Shown here piece by piece: positions 37,075 through 47,445 of a stretch of DNA of 64,000 nt; the first letter of the stretch is position 1; each line of letters begins with the position of its first letter. The DNA is from Candidatus Poribacteria bacterium (lineage in GTDB: Bacteria > Poribacteria > WGA-4E > WGA-3G): the NCBI GenBank assembly GCA_965205015.1, contig OZ242029.1:1696001-1760000 (forward strand), given 5' to 3'. The notes below the pieces were generated by a model. That model saw only the letters and a list, made by a program, of their open reading frames with translations, was not told where the DNA came from and made no database searches. The translations under genes and the position numbers were made by a program.

Positions 37075-38340
37075 CTACACAAGTGCGTTCAGGATTGGGA
37101 GCAAGGTGCGTATGGTTGGGACATCTCGAAATGTGAAACCGAACTCTGAGAAATATGCAGATGCCGCGAGCGCTTCCGCGATAAGTGGCTTTTTTTCCAA
37201 CTCCCTTGAGACACCGAGGATCAGGCACACATCTCTCTGTTCAGCGAGCGTGTTGAGTCGAGCAATGAGATGTCCTTGATGCCATGGGTGAAATAGCTCA
37301 ATGGCGGTTTCTACACCACTTTTGTGAACGAGTTGATAGTCGGGGAAGCAGTAGAAATCGCCCGGTAAAGGGATGAACCGGCTTCCGGGACGGATCTGCC
37401 AGTCGTCAGTTTTGTTGTGGAGCATTGTCTGAAAGAGTTGAATGTCTTCAGGAATATAGGCGAGGAACTGCTGTGAAATCGGTTTAATCCCGCACGATTC
37501 ATCGAGGGATAACCGATGACGCTGGTTATTTCGGAACTGGATCTCCGCAGTGAGTTCCCATTTGGACTGATGCAGCACCGCAACGAAAAAATTCGCCAAA
37601 TTCATGCCGTACCGTTTTGTTTTATAAAAGAGATTGAGCGGTCCATCCACTGAAATTTGATAGCGTTCTTCTTCTTTCCGAATTGTGGAAAGGAGTTGGT
37701 TGAATCTGAGGTACTTGAACAGTTGACGGAGTTCGGCTGTCATGGCGTCAACGAGCTTTAGCGTGAGACTGTTGCTATGGAGAAGTAACCCTTGGACCTG
37801 TGCGGTATTGTAGCGGTGGAGCAAATGCTCAGCAGAAAGCGTCTTGAATCCCAAAACCGGTTGACAACTCGGCAGATCTGCGTAGAGTTTGGCAGCCAGG
37901 TCTTCCCTCTCTGTGGGAACAGGCTCTGGTCGCGGTCCCGCTTCCACCGTCCCGACCCCTTTACATTGTCCCGCAAGTCCACACGCGGCTTGCGCATAAT
38001 CGACGTAATTCTCAAACTGTTCTTCTGAAAGCAGCCGGCTCGTCTCTGTGAAGAGTTTTTGCCGAAACGCGATCAATTCTTCGTTGGGCGTCGTATCAAA
38101 CTCTGTCCGATCTAACAGGAGTTTTTCGAGTCCACGCTTGATGATGGGTATTCCCGGTGTGCTATCAATAATGTGCTTGCTGGTTTCCAAGAGCGTCGCG
38201 CGTGGCGTATCTGGTGATTCTTCAAAAACAGCGATTAATTCCTCAGCGATTGCCAATAACTTCGTATCGGTAGGCTTTACAAATTGTGGATGGATTTCCC
38301 CGTTCTGAGTTTTGTAACGGAGTAAGTCTTTGGTCAGCAT
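37075..38340 (-). CDS. DUF790 family (Bax1-like) endonuclease
   Basis: MLTKDLLRY, LYADL, HRYNTAQVQGLL, VDGPLNLF...RYG, FPDY; directly downstream of an XPB-like helicase. Confidence 0.85.
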   Translation of the reverse strand: MLTKDLLRYKTQNGEIHPQFVKPTDTKLLAIAEELIAVFEESPDTPRATLLETSKHIIDSTPGIPIIKRGLEKLLLDRTEFDTTPNEELIAFRQKLFTETSRLLSEEQFENYVDYAQAACGLAGQCKGVGTVEAGPRPEPVPTEREDLAAKLYADLPSCQPVLGFKTLSAEHLLHRYNTAQVQGLLLHSNSLTLKLVDAMTAELRQLFKYLRFNQLLSTIRKEEERYQISVDGPLNLFYKTKRYGMNLANFFVAVLHQSKWELTAEIQFRNNQRHRLSLDESCGIKPISQQFLAYIPEDIQLFQTMLHNKTDDWQIRPGSRFIPLPGDFYCFPDYQLVHKSGVETAIELFHPWHQGHLIARLNTLAEQRDVCLILGVSRELEKKPLIAEALAASAYFSEFGFTFRDVPTIRTLLPILNALV

Positions 38341-38462
38341 TTTTTAATCATACCTTGCGGTTAAATGGCGTGGTTTTGGACTTTAGCACTGTTTTCCCGA
38401 ATCTGAAGAAATACCCTATCAAAAACACCCCTCCATTTCATTACGAGCTACGCGATTTTAGA

Positions 38463-39872
38463 TTATACGAATTTTAAATTTTTACCTTTCCGTTGAGAAG
38501 ACTGGTAAGCGTGGTGTTGTCTGCGCCGCTTGTTGACGTAGTGTTCACCCGTCTGTTTGGAGATGAGTTCGTAGAGCACTGCCTGTTTGCCTTCCTGTTT
38601 GCGGAGGATGCGTCCTAACCGTTGGACGTGTTCCCGAACGCTCCCACTGCCAGAAACGATGATACCAACATTCGCTTCTGGGACATCTACGCCTTCGTTT
38701 AGGACTTTAGAAGTGACGAGAATAGAGTAGGTGCCATCGCGAAATTTGTTCAAAAAATCATTCCGTTCCTTGAGTTTCGTCTGATGCGTTAGCACTGGCA
38801 GGAAGAAACGCGTGCCGAGCTGATATGCCGTATCGTTATCCTGTGTAAAGATAAGGATCCGATCGCCGCGGTGCCTCTGAATGAGTTTCCACACCCACTC
38901 CTGTTTTGTCGTTGAGGCAAAACTGAGGTGTTTCTGGGCGAGATACGCTTTAAAGACAGCACGTCCTTCCTCCGTTCGAGAGGCTTTCCAGAGAAAAGTG
39001 TGCCAGCCGCGCGGTGTCCCCATGTTAATGCGCTCCTCTTTAAGGAAGTCTAAATAGGTGCGGCGGGCTTCTTCGTACTGAACCCGTTCCGTGTCCTCCA
39101 TCTCAACTGCAATCGTCACAACGCGGTACTCGGAAAGTGTTTTCCCGGAAAGTTCTTGTACCTTCGCCTCATAACACGGGTCACCGACGAGCCTATAGAG
39201 TCGGTTTTCTTTTCCATCGGTACGTTCTGGGGTGGCTGTCAATCCCAATCGAAAAGGGGCGATGCTGCTGATTGCGGCATACTGATACTGATCGCTCGGT
39301 AGATGGTGGCATTCGTCGAAAATGGCGAAACCGAACCGATTTCCGTAGTAAGGGGCATGCATGACAGCGGATTGATACGTCGTCACAGTGAGGTCTCGCA
39401 ATTCATGATAGCCGCCGCCATAAAGCCCTACCTCTTGTCCGAAGTGTTCTTTCAACACGGTGTACCATTGATGCATCAAGTCGATTGTCGGCACATGCAC
39501 GAGTGTGGGACGCTGCGTGTCGGCGATCAGCAGAATCGCGATAAAGGTTTTACCCGCACCGGTAGGCAAGCTCACGACGCCGCGTTTGCCGTTAGCGTGC
39601 CATGCGTCGATTGCCTCGGTCTGGTAAGGATACGGAGGCATCGTTTTTTGGTGTGTGAAGGGTTCGACTGTAAACTGCCGTGCTGTGTCCTGATACGCGA
39701 TGTCGTGTGCGCGTAGCTGCGAAACGATGTGCCGGTAGCGGTAGGCGGGGGCGCGGAAGGTAAGCGTGCGTTCATCCCAACGGAGGTCTGGCAATCGGGT
39801 TTCGAGTGTCTCTGGAACGTTCTGGAGGATGAGAGTGCCTTTGTCAAAGTTGATCTTAAGTGGTGAAGACAT
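38463..39872 (-). CDS. XPB/Rad25-like superfamily 2 helicase
   Basis: LPTGAGKT, DECHH, GLTATPER, NEGVDVP, QRLGRILR. Confidence 0.92.
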   Translation of the reverse strand: MSSPLKINFDKGTLILQNVPETLETRLPDLRWDERTLTFRAPAYRYRHIVSQLRAHDIAYQDTARQFTVEPFTHQKTMPPYPYQTEAIDAWHANGKRGVVSLPTGAGKTFIAILLIADTQRPTLVHVPTIDLMHQWYTVLKEHFGQEVGLYGGGYHELRDLTVTTYQSAVMHAPYYGNRFGFAIFDECHHLPSDQYQYAAISSIAPFRLGLTATPERTDGKENRLYRLVGDPCYEAKVQELSGKTLSEYRVVTIAVEMEDTERVQYEEARRTYLDFLKEERINMGTPRGWHTFLWKASRTEEGRAVFKAYLAQKHLSFASTTKQEWVWKLIQRHRGDRILIFTQDNDTAYQLGTRFFLPVLTHQTKLKERNDFLNKFRDGTYSILVTSKVLNEGVDVPEANVGIIVSGSGSVREHVQRLGRILRKQEGKQAVLYELISKQTGEHYVNKRRRQHHAYQSSQRKGKNLKFV

Positions 39873-40040
39873 AATGCTTTCTCAACTTAAATTGGAGTTT
39901 TCTATTCGCTGCTAATGCCTCTATTATACCGAAATCCGGTGAGTATTCAAGCGTTTTTTTTATAAGTCTTGACCTTCTGATGTGACTCTGCTAAAATGCC
40001 TTTACCTTAAACATAAAATCTACAGAGAGGAACAGAACCC

Positions 40041-41006
40041 GTGCCAAAACTCATAATCATGCCGCCACAGGACGCGGAATTATACGAATGGGCTGAACGT
40101 CTCCAGAGCGAATTGCCCGCATACACCGTCGTTTTACCGGAGACAGATGAAGCAGTAAAGGAACACCTTCCCGATGCAGATGCTGTCTACGGCTGGGTGT
40201 CACCGGAACAGCTGCCGTTGGCGAAAAATCTGCGATGGCTCCAGAATCCCGCTGCAGGTCCCTTCCCCGGTTACTATTACCCTGCGTTGATCGAACATCC
40301 CGTCGTCGCCTGTAATCCACGCGGTATTTACAATGACCATATTTCGCAACATATCATGATGTTCGTGCTCGCGCTTTCTCGTGGACTCCCTTACTATATG
40401 AATGCACAACGTGAAGGGGTTTGGGAGAAAGATGCCCGTAAAAGTGGATACATCGACCTCGCAGAAGCGACGGCGTTAATCGTCGGCGTTGGCGGTATCG
40501 GACATGAAACCGCGCGGCTCTGCGATCAATTCGGGATGAGAGTGATCGGTGTCGATCCGCGGTGGGAGTATGAAGTGCCGTTTGTAGAGAAACACGAACC
40601 CGCAGAACTCGACACACTCCTTCCACTCGCCGATTTTGTAATAACTACAACACCACACACACCTGAAACCGAGGGAATGTGGGATAAAGACCGCTTTGCG
40701 TTGATGAAGCAAACGGCTTACTTTATTAACATCGGGCGCGGTAAGACGACAAAACTTGCCGACCTTGTTGAGGCACTTGAGCAGCAGATCATTGCCGGAT
40801 GTGGCTTAGATGTGTTTGAAATTGAACCTTTGCCTGCTGAAAGTCCGTTATGGCATCTGCCCAATGTGTTGATAACACCACATATTGCTGTAAAAGATGC
40901 GGAAAACCTTCTGGGACGGCGGTTCGAGATTCTTTTGGAAAACGCACGTCGGTTCGCCGAAGGGGCACCGTTGCAGAACGTCGTCAATAAGGCGGCATGG
41001 TATTAA
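40041..41006 (+). CDS. D-2-hydroxyacid dehydrogenase
   Basis: GVGGIG, NIGRG, LDVFEIEPL, ITPHIA. Confidence 0.92.
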   Translation: MPKLIIMPPQDAELYEWAERLQSELPAYTVVLPETDEAVKEHLPDADAVYGWVSPEQLPLAKNLRWLQNPAAGPFPGYYYPALIEHPVVACNPRGIYNDHISQHIMMFVLALSRGLPYYMNAQREGVWEKDARKSGYIDLAEATALIVGVGGIGHETARLCDQFGMRVIGVDPRWEYEVPFVEKHEPAELDTLLPLADFVITTTPHTPETEGMWDKDRFALMKQTAYFINIGRGKTTKLADLVEALEQQIIAGCGLDVFEIEPLPAESPLWHLPNVLITPHIAVKDAENLLGRRFEILLENARRFAEGAPLQNVVNKAAWY

Positions 41007-41058
41007 AGCATTTCAGAAGGTAGTAGGCACACGCCGTTGTGCCGTGAGAAAAAGAGGT

Positions 41059-43008
41059 ATGAAATTGACAAACAGCACCTTTACATCTCAATATTTGCTT
41101 GCGGATGAACAGATTCGCCATTTTATTGTGAATGGATATATCAACGTCACCGCTGACGTACCGACGCGTATCCACGAAACTATCTACGACAAAACCGATG
41201 AACTCTTTGCCGGCGCGACGGATTTCCGAGGCGATAGGCAACACAACCCGCTCAATAACATTTTACCGTTGGTGCCGGAACTTCAGGTCGTCTTGGAGTC
41301 TCCAGAGGTGCGCGGCGCGCTTACCAGCATTTTGGGGAACGGGTACGTCATGCACCCGCATCGGCATTGCCACCCCAATTTCGCGGGAAGCACACCGAGC
41401 AGGAAGGAAGACAGCGAAGAGCGATTGATGATGCCGCTTCATAAAGATGGACACGCCGGTGGGAAGCGCCCACGGCATCGAACACCTCGCTGGGCGATTC
41501 TCTTCTATTATCCGCAACCTTGTCTTGCCGAGCAGGGACCGACCTGTATCATTCCCGGGACGCAATACCTCCGAGAATTTATGCTGGGGGGTGAACGTCA
41601 ACGGCACGAGATACATGCCGAGGGTGGAAACGGGACACGACGCCTTTCCGAAGATTTCCTGAATCGCAATCTTGTCCCGATGTCCGGTGAACTCGGCACG
41701 GTGTGGATTATGCACTTTGATATGGTGCATTCGTTCCTGCAGAACTATGTTCCTCTGAATCGCTACGGCATGAAATTCGTCTTTATGCGGACCGAGCAGC
41801 CGACAGTCCCTTCATGGAACAGTGATACCTCTATGTGGCAACCGCCTGAAGTCAACCACGTCCCTTACGATGCGGAGATCCTCTGGACGTATATCTGGAA
41901 TTGGATGTACGGCAAGACGGATCTATATGAAACCAACCGTTCAGATACCACGATGGAGATAGCATCAGCGGTTGCGGCATTGAAAGCAGACGATCCGAAC
42001 GAGCGTATGAAAGCCGCCAACGAATTGGGTTTTTGGCACAGCTTGCAAGCCAAAACGTGCTCTAAAAATGCACGAACGGACGCCGCGGCGGCTGTCCCTG
42101 CACTTGTAGATGCGCTTGAAGATAGTTATGAACCCGTCCGTCGGAACGCCATCTATGCACTGGGTGCGATCGGTGAACCCGCCGTTGAACCCCTCGTTGG
42201 TGCGCTTAATTCAGAAAAAGAGGCGTTTGATATGGAGCCGATTCTCCATATCTGTGATGCCGCCCACGGACTCGCCGCAACGGGTACATCGGAAGCCGTG
42301 CCCGCCCTCGTAACGGCTTTACAGGACGAACGCGAGAACGTACGCGCTTCGGCGGCGTATGCGTTAGGCGAGATGGGACCTGTCGCCGCAGAGGCAGTTG
42401 ATGGGCTGATTGCGTTGCTAACGGATGAATCGGAAGAGGTGAGACGGCATGCGATCTCTGCACTCGGTATGATTAAGGTGCCAGTATCCAAGACGGTTCC
42501 CGCGTTGGTAGAAGTGCTGGAGGATCGCGAAGACACGGATTTAGCGTTCTTTGCGGCGCAGGCATTGACCCGTATTGGACCGGATGCAACGGCGGCTATT
42601 CCTGCGTTAGGAGAGGCATTAATGAGCGAATCGGCGTATGTGCGTGGGTTCTCCTCTGAGGCGTTGAGTCGGATTGGCACCGCTGAAGCACTGCAGGCTC
42701 TCGTGCCGTTCCTGCGGACTGCGCGTTGGTTTAACTACGTTAAGAAAACCATGCCAGCTTTCAGCATTGAATTGAAGGACGCAAAATCCGCACCGAGTGA
42801 CGCCGATTCGCTCACGCAATTAATTCAAGAGTGGGCGGAACAGAAAGACATTCCTTTGCCGAAGACGGAGGCGATCTCAAAGGACTCGGATACACAATTT
42901 CAGGTGACCTTCAGCGATGGCAGACGGGTGACTGCACGGGTTGAAGGGGACGTGCTAAACCTCTATCGTAAAACGCGGGTCGAGGCTGGATTTAAGACAT
43001 ATCGTTAG
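41059..43008 (+). CDS. Phytanoyl-CoA dioxygenase (PhyH)-like domain fused to HEAT repeats
   Basis: FIVNGY, LHKDG (HxD), IIPGT, DMVH, followed by several AVPALV.AL.D...VR..AA.ALG repeats. Start placed at MKLTN. Confidence 0.85.
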   Translation: MKLTNSTFTSQYLLADEQIRHFIVNGYINVTADVPTRIHETIYDKTDELFAGATDFRGDRQHNPLNNILPLVPELQVVLESPEVRGALTSILGNGYVMHPHRHCHPNFAGSTPSRKEDSEERLMMPLHKDGHAGGKRPRHRTPRWAILFYYPQPCLAEQGPTCIIPGTQYLREFMLGGERQRHEIHAEGGNGTRRLSEDFLNRNLVPMSGELGTVWIMHFDMVHSFLQNYVPLNRYGMKFVFMRTEQPTVPSWNSDTSMWQPPEVNHVPYDAEILWTYIWNWMYGKTDLYETNRSDTTMEIASAVAALKADDPNERMKAANELGFWHSLQAKTCSKNARTDAAAAVPALVDALEDSYEPVRRNAIYALGAIGEPAVEPLVGALNSEKEAFDMEPILHICDAAHGLAATGTSEAVPALVTALQDERENVRASAAYALGEMGPVAAEAVDGLIALLTDESEEVRRHAISALGMIKVPVSKTVPALVEVLEDREDTDLAFFAAQALTRIGPDATAAIPALGEALMSESAYVRGFSSEALSRIGTAEALQALVPFLRTARWFNYVKKTMPAFSIELKDAKSAPSDADSLTQLIQEWAEQKDIPLPKTEAISKDSDTQFQVTFSDGRRVTARVEGDVLNLYRKTRVEAGFKTYR

Positions 43009-43067
43009 GGAAAGTGAAGCACGCCAAGCCCGCGGGCATTAAACGATATGAAAGGGACATTAAAAAA

Positions 43068-43475
43068 ATGGATTGTATCTTTTGTGCGATTGTTGCCGGT
43101 GATATTCCAGCAGCTAAGGTGTATGAAGATGAACATGTCTTCGCATTCATGGATATTGCTCCTGCAAACCCGGGGCATACCCTCGTTATACCGAAGCAAC
43201 ACTATCGAAATATCTATGATATGCCTGCGGAAGTAGGCGGTAAAATTATGCAAGCCGCGGTTTCACTCGCAAATGCGATCCGGACGGCATTGAACCCTGA
43301 CGGGCTTAACCTCTTTCAATCGAATGAAGCCGCAGGATTTCAGACCGTTTTCCATTTCCATCTCCACCTGATCCCGCGATGGGAAGGCGATCCGCTCCGG
43401 TTACCATGGCGACCGAGCGAGGGAGATATGGCAGAAATCGGCAACATTGCAGCAAAAATTCGGGAGGTTCTGTAG
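43068..43475 (+). CDS. HIT family protein
   Basis: CIFC, GHTLVIPK, HFHLHLIPR. Confidence 0.93.
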   Translation: MDCIFCAIVAGDIPAAKVYEDEHVFAFMDIAPANPGHTLVIPKQHYRNIYDMPAEVGGKIMQAAVSLANAIRTALNPDGLNLFQSNEAAGFQTVFHFHLHLIPRWEGDPLRLPWRPSEGDMAEIGNIAAKIREVL

Positions 43476-43478
43476 AAA

Positions 43479-44192
43479 ATGAATATCTTGATTACCTCCG
43501 CTGGTTCTGAACTGGCGCGCAACGTCGCGGGAACATTAGCGGAAGAACACACCCTCCGCTTGACGGAGCTGTATCCTGTTGACACTGTTGAAGGAACGTT
43601 CGTGCAAAGCGAACTTGGACACGACGAGTCAACCAACGAACTCGTCCGCGGCATGGATACCATTATCCACATCGCTGAAATGCCGCCTGATCTCCTGGGG
43701 TCCGAAGCTGACGAACCCGACAATTACGCTATCGATTATCAGACGCGCTGCACTTATAACCTCCTGATGGCAGCATCGGAGGAAGGCGTGAAACATGCCA
43801 TTTACGCAAGTACGCTCCGCCTCTTTGAGCAGCACGGTGAAGACTGGACGGTTACAGAGAGTTGGCGACCTCGTCCTTCTGTTGATAGTTTCGTGCTTTC
43901 AAAGCATCTCGGTGAGTTCACATGTAGAGAATTCGGTCGCGAGGGCAAACTCAATGTGACGTGCCTCCGTCTCGGGAACCTCATTACTGCTGATGCTGCA
44001 GCAACCGCTGAGCCGGATGCAATGTGGCTTGAGATGAGCGATGCGGTCGCTGCCTTCCAAGGGGCGCTTGAATCGCCTTCGCCGTGGCGAGTCTTTCACA
44101 TCCAGTCAGAGTTCCCCGGCTCCCGTTTTTCGATCGGGAAAGCCAAAGGGCATCTGAAGTTCGATCCACAATTCGTGCCATCATCTCAGTAG
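43479..44192 (+). CDS. NAD-dependent epimerase/dehydratase family protein (degenerate motifs)
   Basis: ILITSAGS, TYNLLMAA, F..SK. Confidence 0.75.
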   Translation: MNILITSAGSELARNVAGTLAEEHTLRLTELYPVDTVEGTFVQSELGHDESTNELVRGMDTIIHIAEMPPDLLGSEADEPDNYAIDYQTRCTYNLLMAASEEGVKHAIYASTLRLFEQHGEDWTVTESWRPRPSVDSFVLSKHLGEFTCREFGREGKLNVTCLRLGNLITADAAATAEPDAMWLEMSDAVAAFQGALESPSPWRVFHIQSEFPGSRFSIGKAKGHLKFDPQFVPSSQ

Positions 44193-44220
44193 GAGCGACG
44201 TTTTCTCAAGGAGGAATACA

Positions 44221-44946
44221 ATGAAAGTTCTCATTTTGGGTGGTAATGGGTATCTTGGACCGCATGTCGTCAAGGCGTTGGAGCCTTACTATACTTTGCG
44301 TGTTACAGACATCAACGAGATTGAAACGAAACACGAATCGATGCACATTGATGTCGGTTCACTGGATCAGGTGATGCGAGCGGCTGAGGGGATGGACGCG
44401 ATTCTCAATTGTTCCGTCCTACGACACGATCGACAGCTGGCTTTTGATGTGAGTACACGTGGCTGTTACAATACGATGCGCGCCGCCGTCGAACACGGTA
44501 TCCGTCGCGTTATCAACACGGGACCCCATTTCACCATCCAAGGCGATGACTATACCACCTACGATTACGAGATTAACCCGGATGTTCCACCACATACAAG
44601 CACCGGACTCTATCCGTTAACCAAGGGATTAGGACAGGAAATCTGTAAAGTCTTCACTGAACATTACGACATCTATGTTCTCTGCTATCTGTTCCTGAGT
44701 TTCCGGGAACACGACGATCCTGCGGAAGGCACCGATCTCAATCCATTTTCCGTCAGTTGGCGGGACGCAGGTGAAGCCTTCCGGCTGGGTCTGGAGATCG
44801 ATTTGGAGGACCTCCCATCACGCTGTGAGATTTTCAACATCTTCGCAGATTTACCGCATCAGCAGTTCTCGAACCTCAAAACGAAGCGGATTTTAGGTTT
44901 TGCGCCTCAAGATAACTTTGAACGAATGTGGCATAAGAAGGATTGA
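44221..44946 (+). CDS. NAD-dependent epimerase/dehydratase (uronate dehydrogenase-like)
   Basis: GGNGYLG, YPLTK (YxxxK). Confidence 0.85.
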   Translation: MKVLILGGNGYLGPHVVKALEPYYTLRVTDINEIETKHESMHIDVGSLDQVMRAAEGMDAILNCSVLRHDRQLAFDVSTRGCYNTMRAAVEHGIRRVINTGPHFTIQGDDYTTYDYEINPDVPPHTSTGLYPLTKGLGQEICKVFTEHYDIYVLCYLFLSFREHDDPAEGTDLNPFSVSWRDAGEAFRLGLEIDLEDLPSRCEIFNIFADLPHQQFSNLKTKRILGFAPQDNFERMWHKKD

Positions 44947-45078
44947 GTTACGGTCGCATCCACGCGCACAGCACCTTGCATCCGATAGAAATCTGTGTTA
45001 AACTTATAGCATTCAGAAATTATAGATAGGCGCGAGTTAGACCAGAAACGTCTATCAAACATCCAAGGAGGCGTATGG

Positions 45079-45567
45079 ATGGCACACATTGAGAACTCAG
45101 CGGAACTAAGGGTTGAACATTTGCTGCATAGCGTTAAACAGTTATCGCCTGTCGAATTAGATGAATTCACTCGAAAGTTAACAGAATGGCAGCAACGGCA
45201 GGAAGCAGCGATAGGCAAAGATGTGGATCCTAATGCCTCGGATGCTACAATTGTAGCATTCATAAGGAAAAATTCGCAATTGCCTGAAAAGAAGAATCGA
45301 CGTTATTGGCAGTTACGGCACAAACGTGAAGATGAAACTTTAAGCGATAATGAAATGTCAGAGTATGAAGAATTGATCAGACAGTTGGAGACTATGAACG
45401 TCAAACGTCTTGAAGCCTTAACTATCTTAGTGCAACGTTGGGACAAACCTGTAAGGGAAATTATGGCGGAATTGGGACTATACGTGTCTCATTTTGATGA
45501 GCCCCAATTCTCTGAGGCGTCTGTGCAAGGAGTTCGTTCTGAGATCCCAAGACGAGGAGAAGGTTAG
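45079..45567 (+). CDS. Hypothetical protein, putative antitoxin partner of the HNH nuclease
   Basis: RYWQLRHKREDETLS..E..EYEEL...RLEAL pattern; 6 bp upstream of the HNH gene. Confidence 0.55.
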   Translation: MAHIENSAELRVEHLLHSVKQLSPVELDEFTRKLTEWQQRQEAAIGKDVDPNASDATIVAFIRKNSQLPEKKNRRYWQLRHKREDETLSDNEMSEYEELIRQLETMNVKRLEALTILVQRWDKPVREIMAELGLYVSHFDEPQFSEASVQGVRSEIPRRGEG

Positions 45568-45573
45568 AAAGCA

Positions 45574-46005
45574 ATGCCTTCTGATCCGATCTCTCTGACT
45601 TTACGCCGCCGGGTTCAAGAGCGTGCCGGAGGATTTTGCGAATACTGCCGAGCCTCTGATAGTTTTGCCACCTCTCCTTTTCATTGTGAGCATATCATTC
45701 CTCAAAGTGCTGGAGGCGAGAGTATACTGGATAATTTGGCGTGGGCATGCCCGCGGTGCAACAATCATAAACACGCTAAAACGCATGCTCGCGATCCGCA
45801 GACAGGACGACGTGTTCCGCTCTTTAACCCACGTCTGAAAAAGTGGAAACGGCATTTTATATGGAGCGAAAACTCTTTATCTATCATTGGACGGACACAA
45901 ATAGGCAGAGCGACAATTGAAGCGTTGCATATGAATCTTCCTCAGCGGATAAACCTACGAAGAGCGTTGCTAAGTTTAGGGGAACATCCAGCAGAAATTG
46001 ATTGA
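45574..46005 (+). CDS. HNH endonuclease
   Basis: CEYC, EHIIP, NLAWACPRCN, LFNPR, IGRATI. Confidence 0.9.
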   Translation: MPSDPISLTLRRRVQERAGGFCEYCRASDSFATSPFHCEHIIPQSAGGESILDNLAWACPRCNNHKHAKTHARDPQTGRRVPLFNPRLKKWKRHFIWSENSLSIIGRTQIGRATIEALHMNLPQRINLRRALLSLGEHPAEID

Positions 46006-46014
46006 GTAATAACT

Positions 46015-46785
46015 ATGCGGATTAAACTCTTAGCACACCGGGGAGGCATGGGGCGTGCCCCCGAAAACACCCTTGCTTCCTTCAGGCAGGCATTGGCGGA
46101 CGGGGCTGATGGATATGAGTGTGATGTCTGTCTCACCCAGGATAAACAACCCGTCCTAATTCACGTTGGCTTCAACCGACACAGTATTCGGGAAGCGACG
46201 GGATGCTCTGAATCCCTCAGTGAACTGACTTGGAAAGAGGTCCAGCAACTAACCATGGAGGCATCTAATGAACCTGTTGCCCACCTTGATGATGCCCTCC
46301 GTTTCACACGAGAAAACCAAATGCCGTGCTTCCTTGAACCGAAGACGGACACACCAGAATTACTCCCAATCCTCGTAGAACGGATCCGCCATTTTGAAGT
46401 CGTTCATCTTGTCAATATTCTCACGTTTTACTTCCGAAAGCATCTGCTTGTGGAAGCGAAGCGTTTAGAACCGAAGTTGCAGACGAGTGCCATTCTCATT
46501 AATCCGGCGGCGAACTTCCTCAAGGCGAGGACGGCTATTGATGCAGATCGCATCATCTTAGGCTGGAGTGGGATTAATCACTTCGGGCTTTATAACACGT
46601 TCACACGGACGGTTACGCGCCAAGTCAAGCAGCTCCAGGCACATGGGATCGCTGTAGATGCCGGGTTTATTCTGACAGCGCAGGATGTCGCTTGGGCGGT
46701 TTCGCCGCAGAAAGCAGGGGGTGTTGATGGCTTGTGGGCGGACGATGTGCCTTACATCAGACGGTGTCTCCAAGAGATTTTTTAA
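46015..46785 (+). CDS. Glycerophosphodiester phosphodiesterase
   Basis: AHRG, PENTLASF, ECDV.LT.D...VLIH. Confidence 0.88.
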   Translation: MRIKLLAHRGGMGRAPENTLASFRQALADGADGYECDVCLTQDKQPVLIHVGFNRHSIREATGCSESLSELTWKEVQQLTMEASNEPVAHLDDALRFTRENQMPCFLEPKTDTPELLPILVERIRHFEVVHLVNILTFYFRKHLLVEAKRLEPKLQTSAILINPAANFLKARTAIDADRIILGWSGINHFGLYNTFTRTVTRQVKQLQAHGIAVDAGFILTAQDVAWAVSPQKAGGVDGLWADDVPYIRRCLQEIF

Positions 46786-47411
46786 GTTTCCGTGTACCAT
46801 GCAATAGATTCGTTTTGGAGGTAGGGAAGCAGCAGACTCTGGAGTTTCCGACGTGCGTGGTGCAGGTATGTTTTAACCGTGCTCTCCGACTTGCCCAAGC
46901 GTGATGCAATCTCCTTTATCGGGAGTCCCTCCCAGTGACGCAAGTAAAAGGCACTGCGTTGAATAAGAGGCAGCTGGTAGACGGCTTTACGGATGATGTG
47001 TTCGAGTTCTTTCCTTTCGAGAAGTGTACAAGGCGAAGGTTGCACCTCGGCCATTTGAAGTGTATCGTCTGCGTTCTGAGGTAATTCCTCGAATCCTATA
47101 ATATGTTGTTTATTTCGTTTGCGGAGAAAGTCAATGCTACGATTGACGGCAATTTGGTAAAGCCAACTGTAAAATACGCATTGTCCCTTGAAGTTAGGCA
47201 ATGCCTGCCACGCCTTCAGGAAGACCTCTTGGCAGAGGTCTTTCGCTGTTTCTCGATCCCGAACTTTGCGATAAATCAGATTATAGATTTTTTGTTGATA
47301 TTTGTAAACGAGTGGGTTAAACGCCTCTGTATCGCCATTTTGGGCGCGCGCGACAAGTTCCGCCTCGTCGAAATCGTTGAGTTCAGTGTGTGTTGTTAAA
47401 GCACTTCTCAT
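46782..47411 (-). CDS. ECF sigma factor
   Basis: GDTEAF, AKDLCQEVFLKAW, FYSWLYQIAVN, LPIKEIASRLG; paralog of 28924. Start placed at MRSALT. Confidence 0.92.
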   Translation of the reverse strand: MRSALTTHTELNDFDEAELVARAQNGDTEAFNPLVYKYQQKIYNLIYRKVRDRETAKDLCQEVFLKAWQALPNFKGQCVFYSWLYQIAVNRSIDFLRKRNKQHIIGFEELPQNADDTLQMAEVQPSPCTLLERKELEHIIRKAVYQLPLIQRSAFYLRHWEGLPIKEIASRLGKSESTVKTYLHHARRKLQSLLLPYLQNESIAWYTET

Positions 47412-47445
47412 ATTTTTCTCCTTATGGATATCTTTGGTGCGTATC

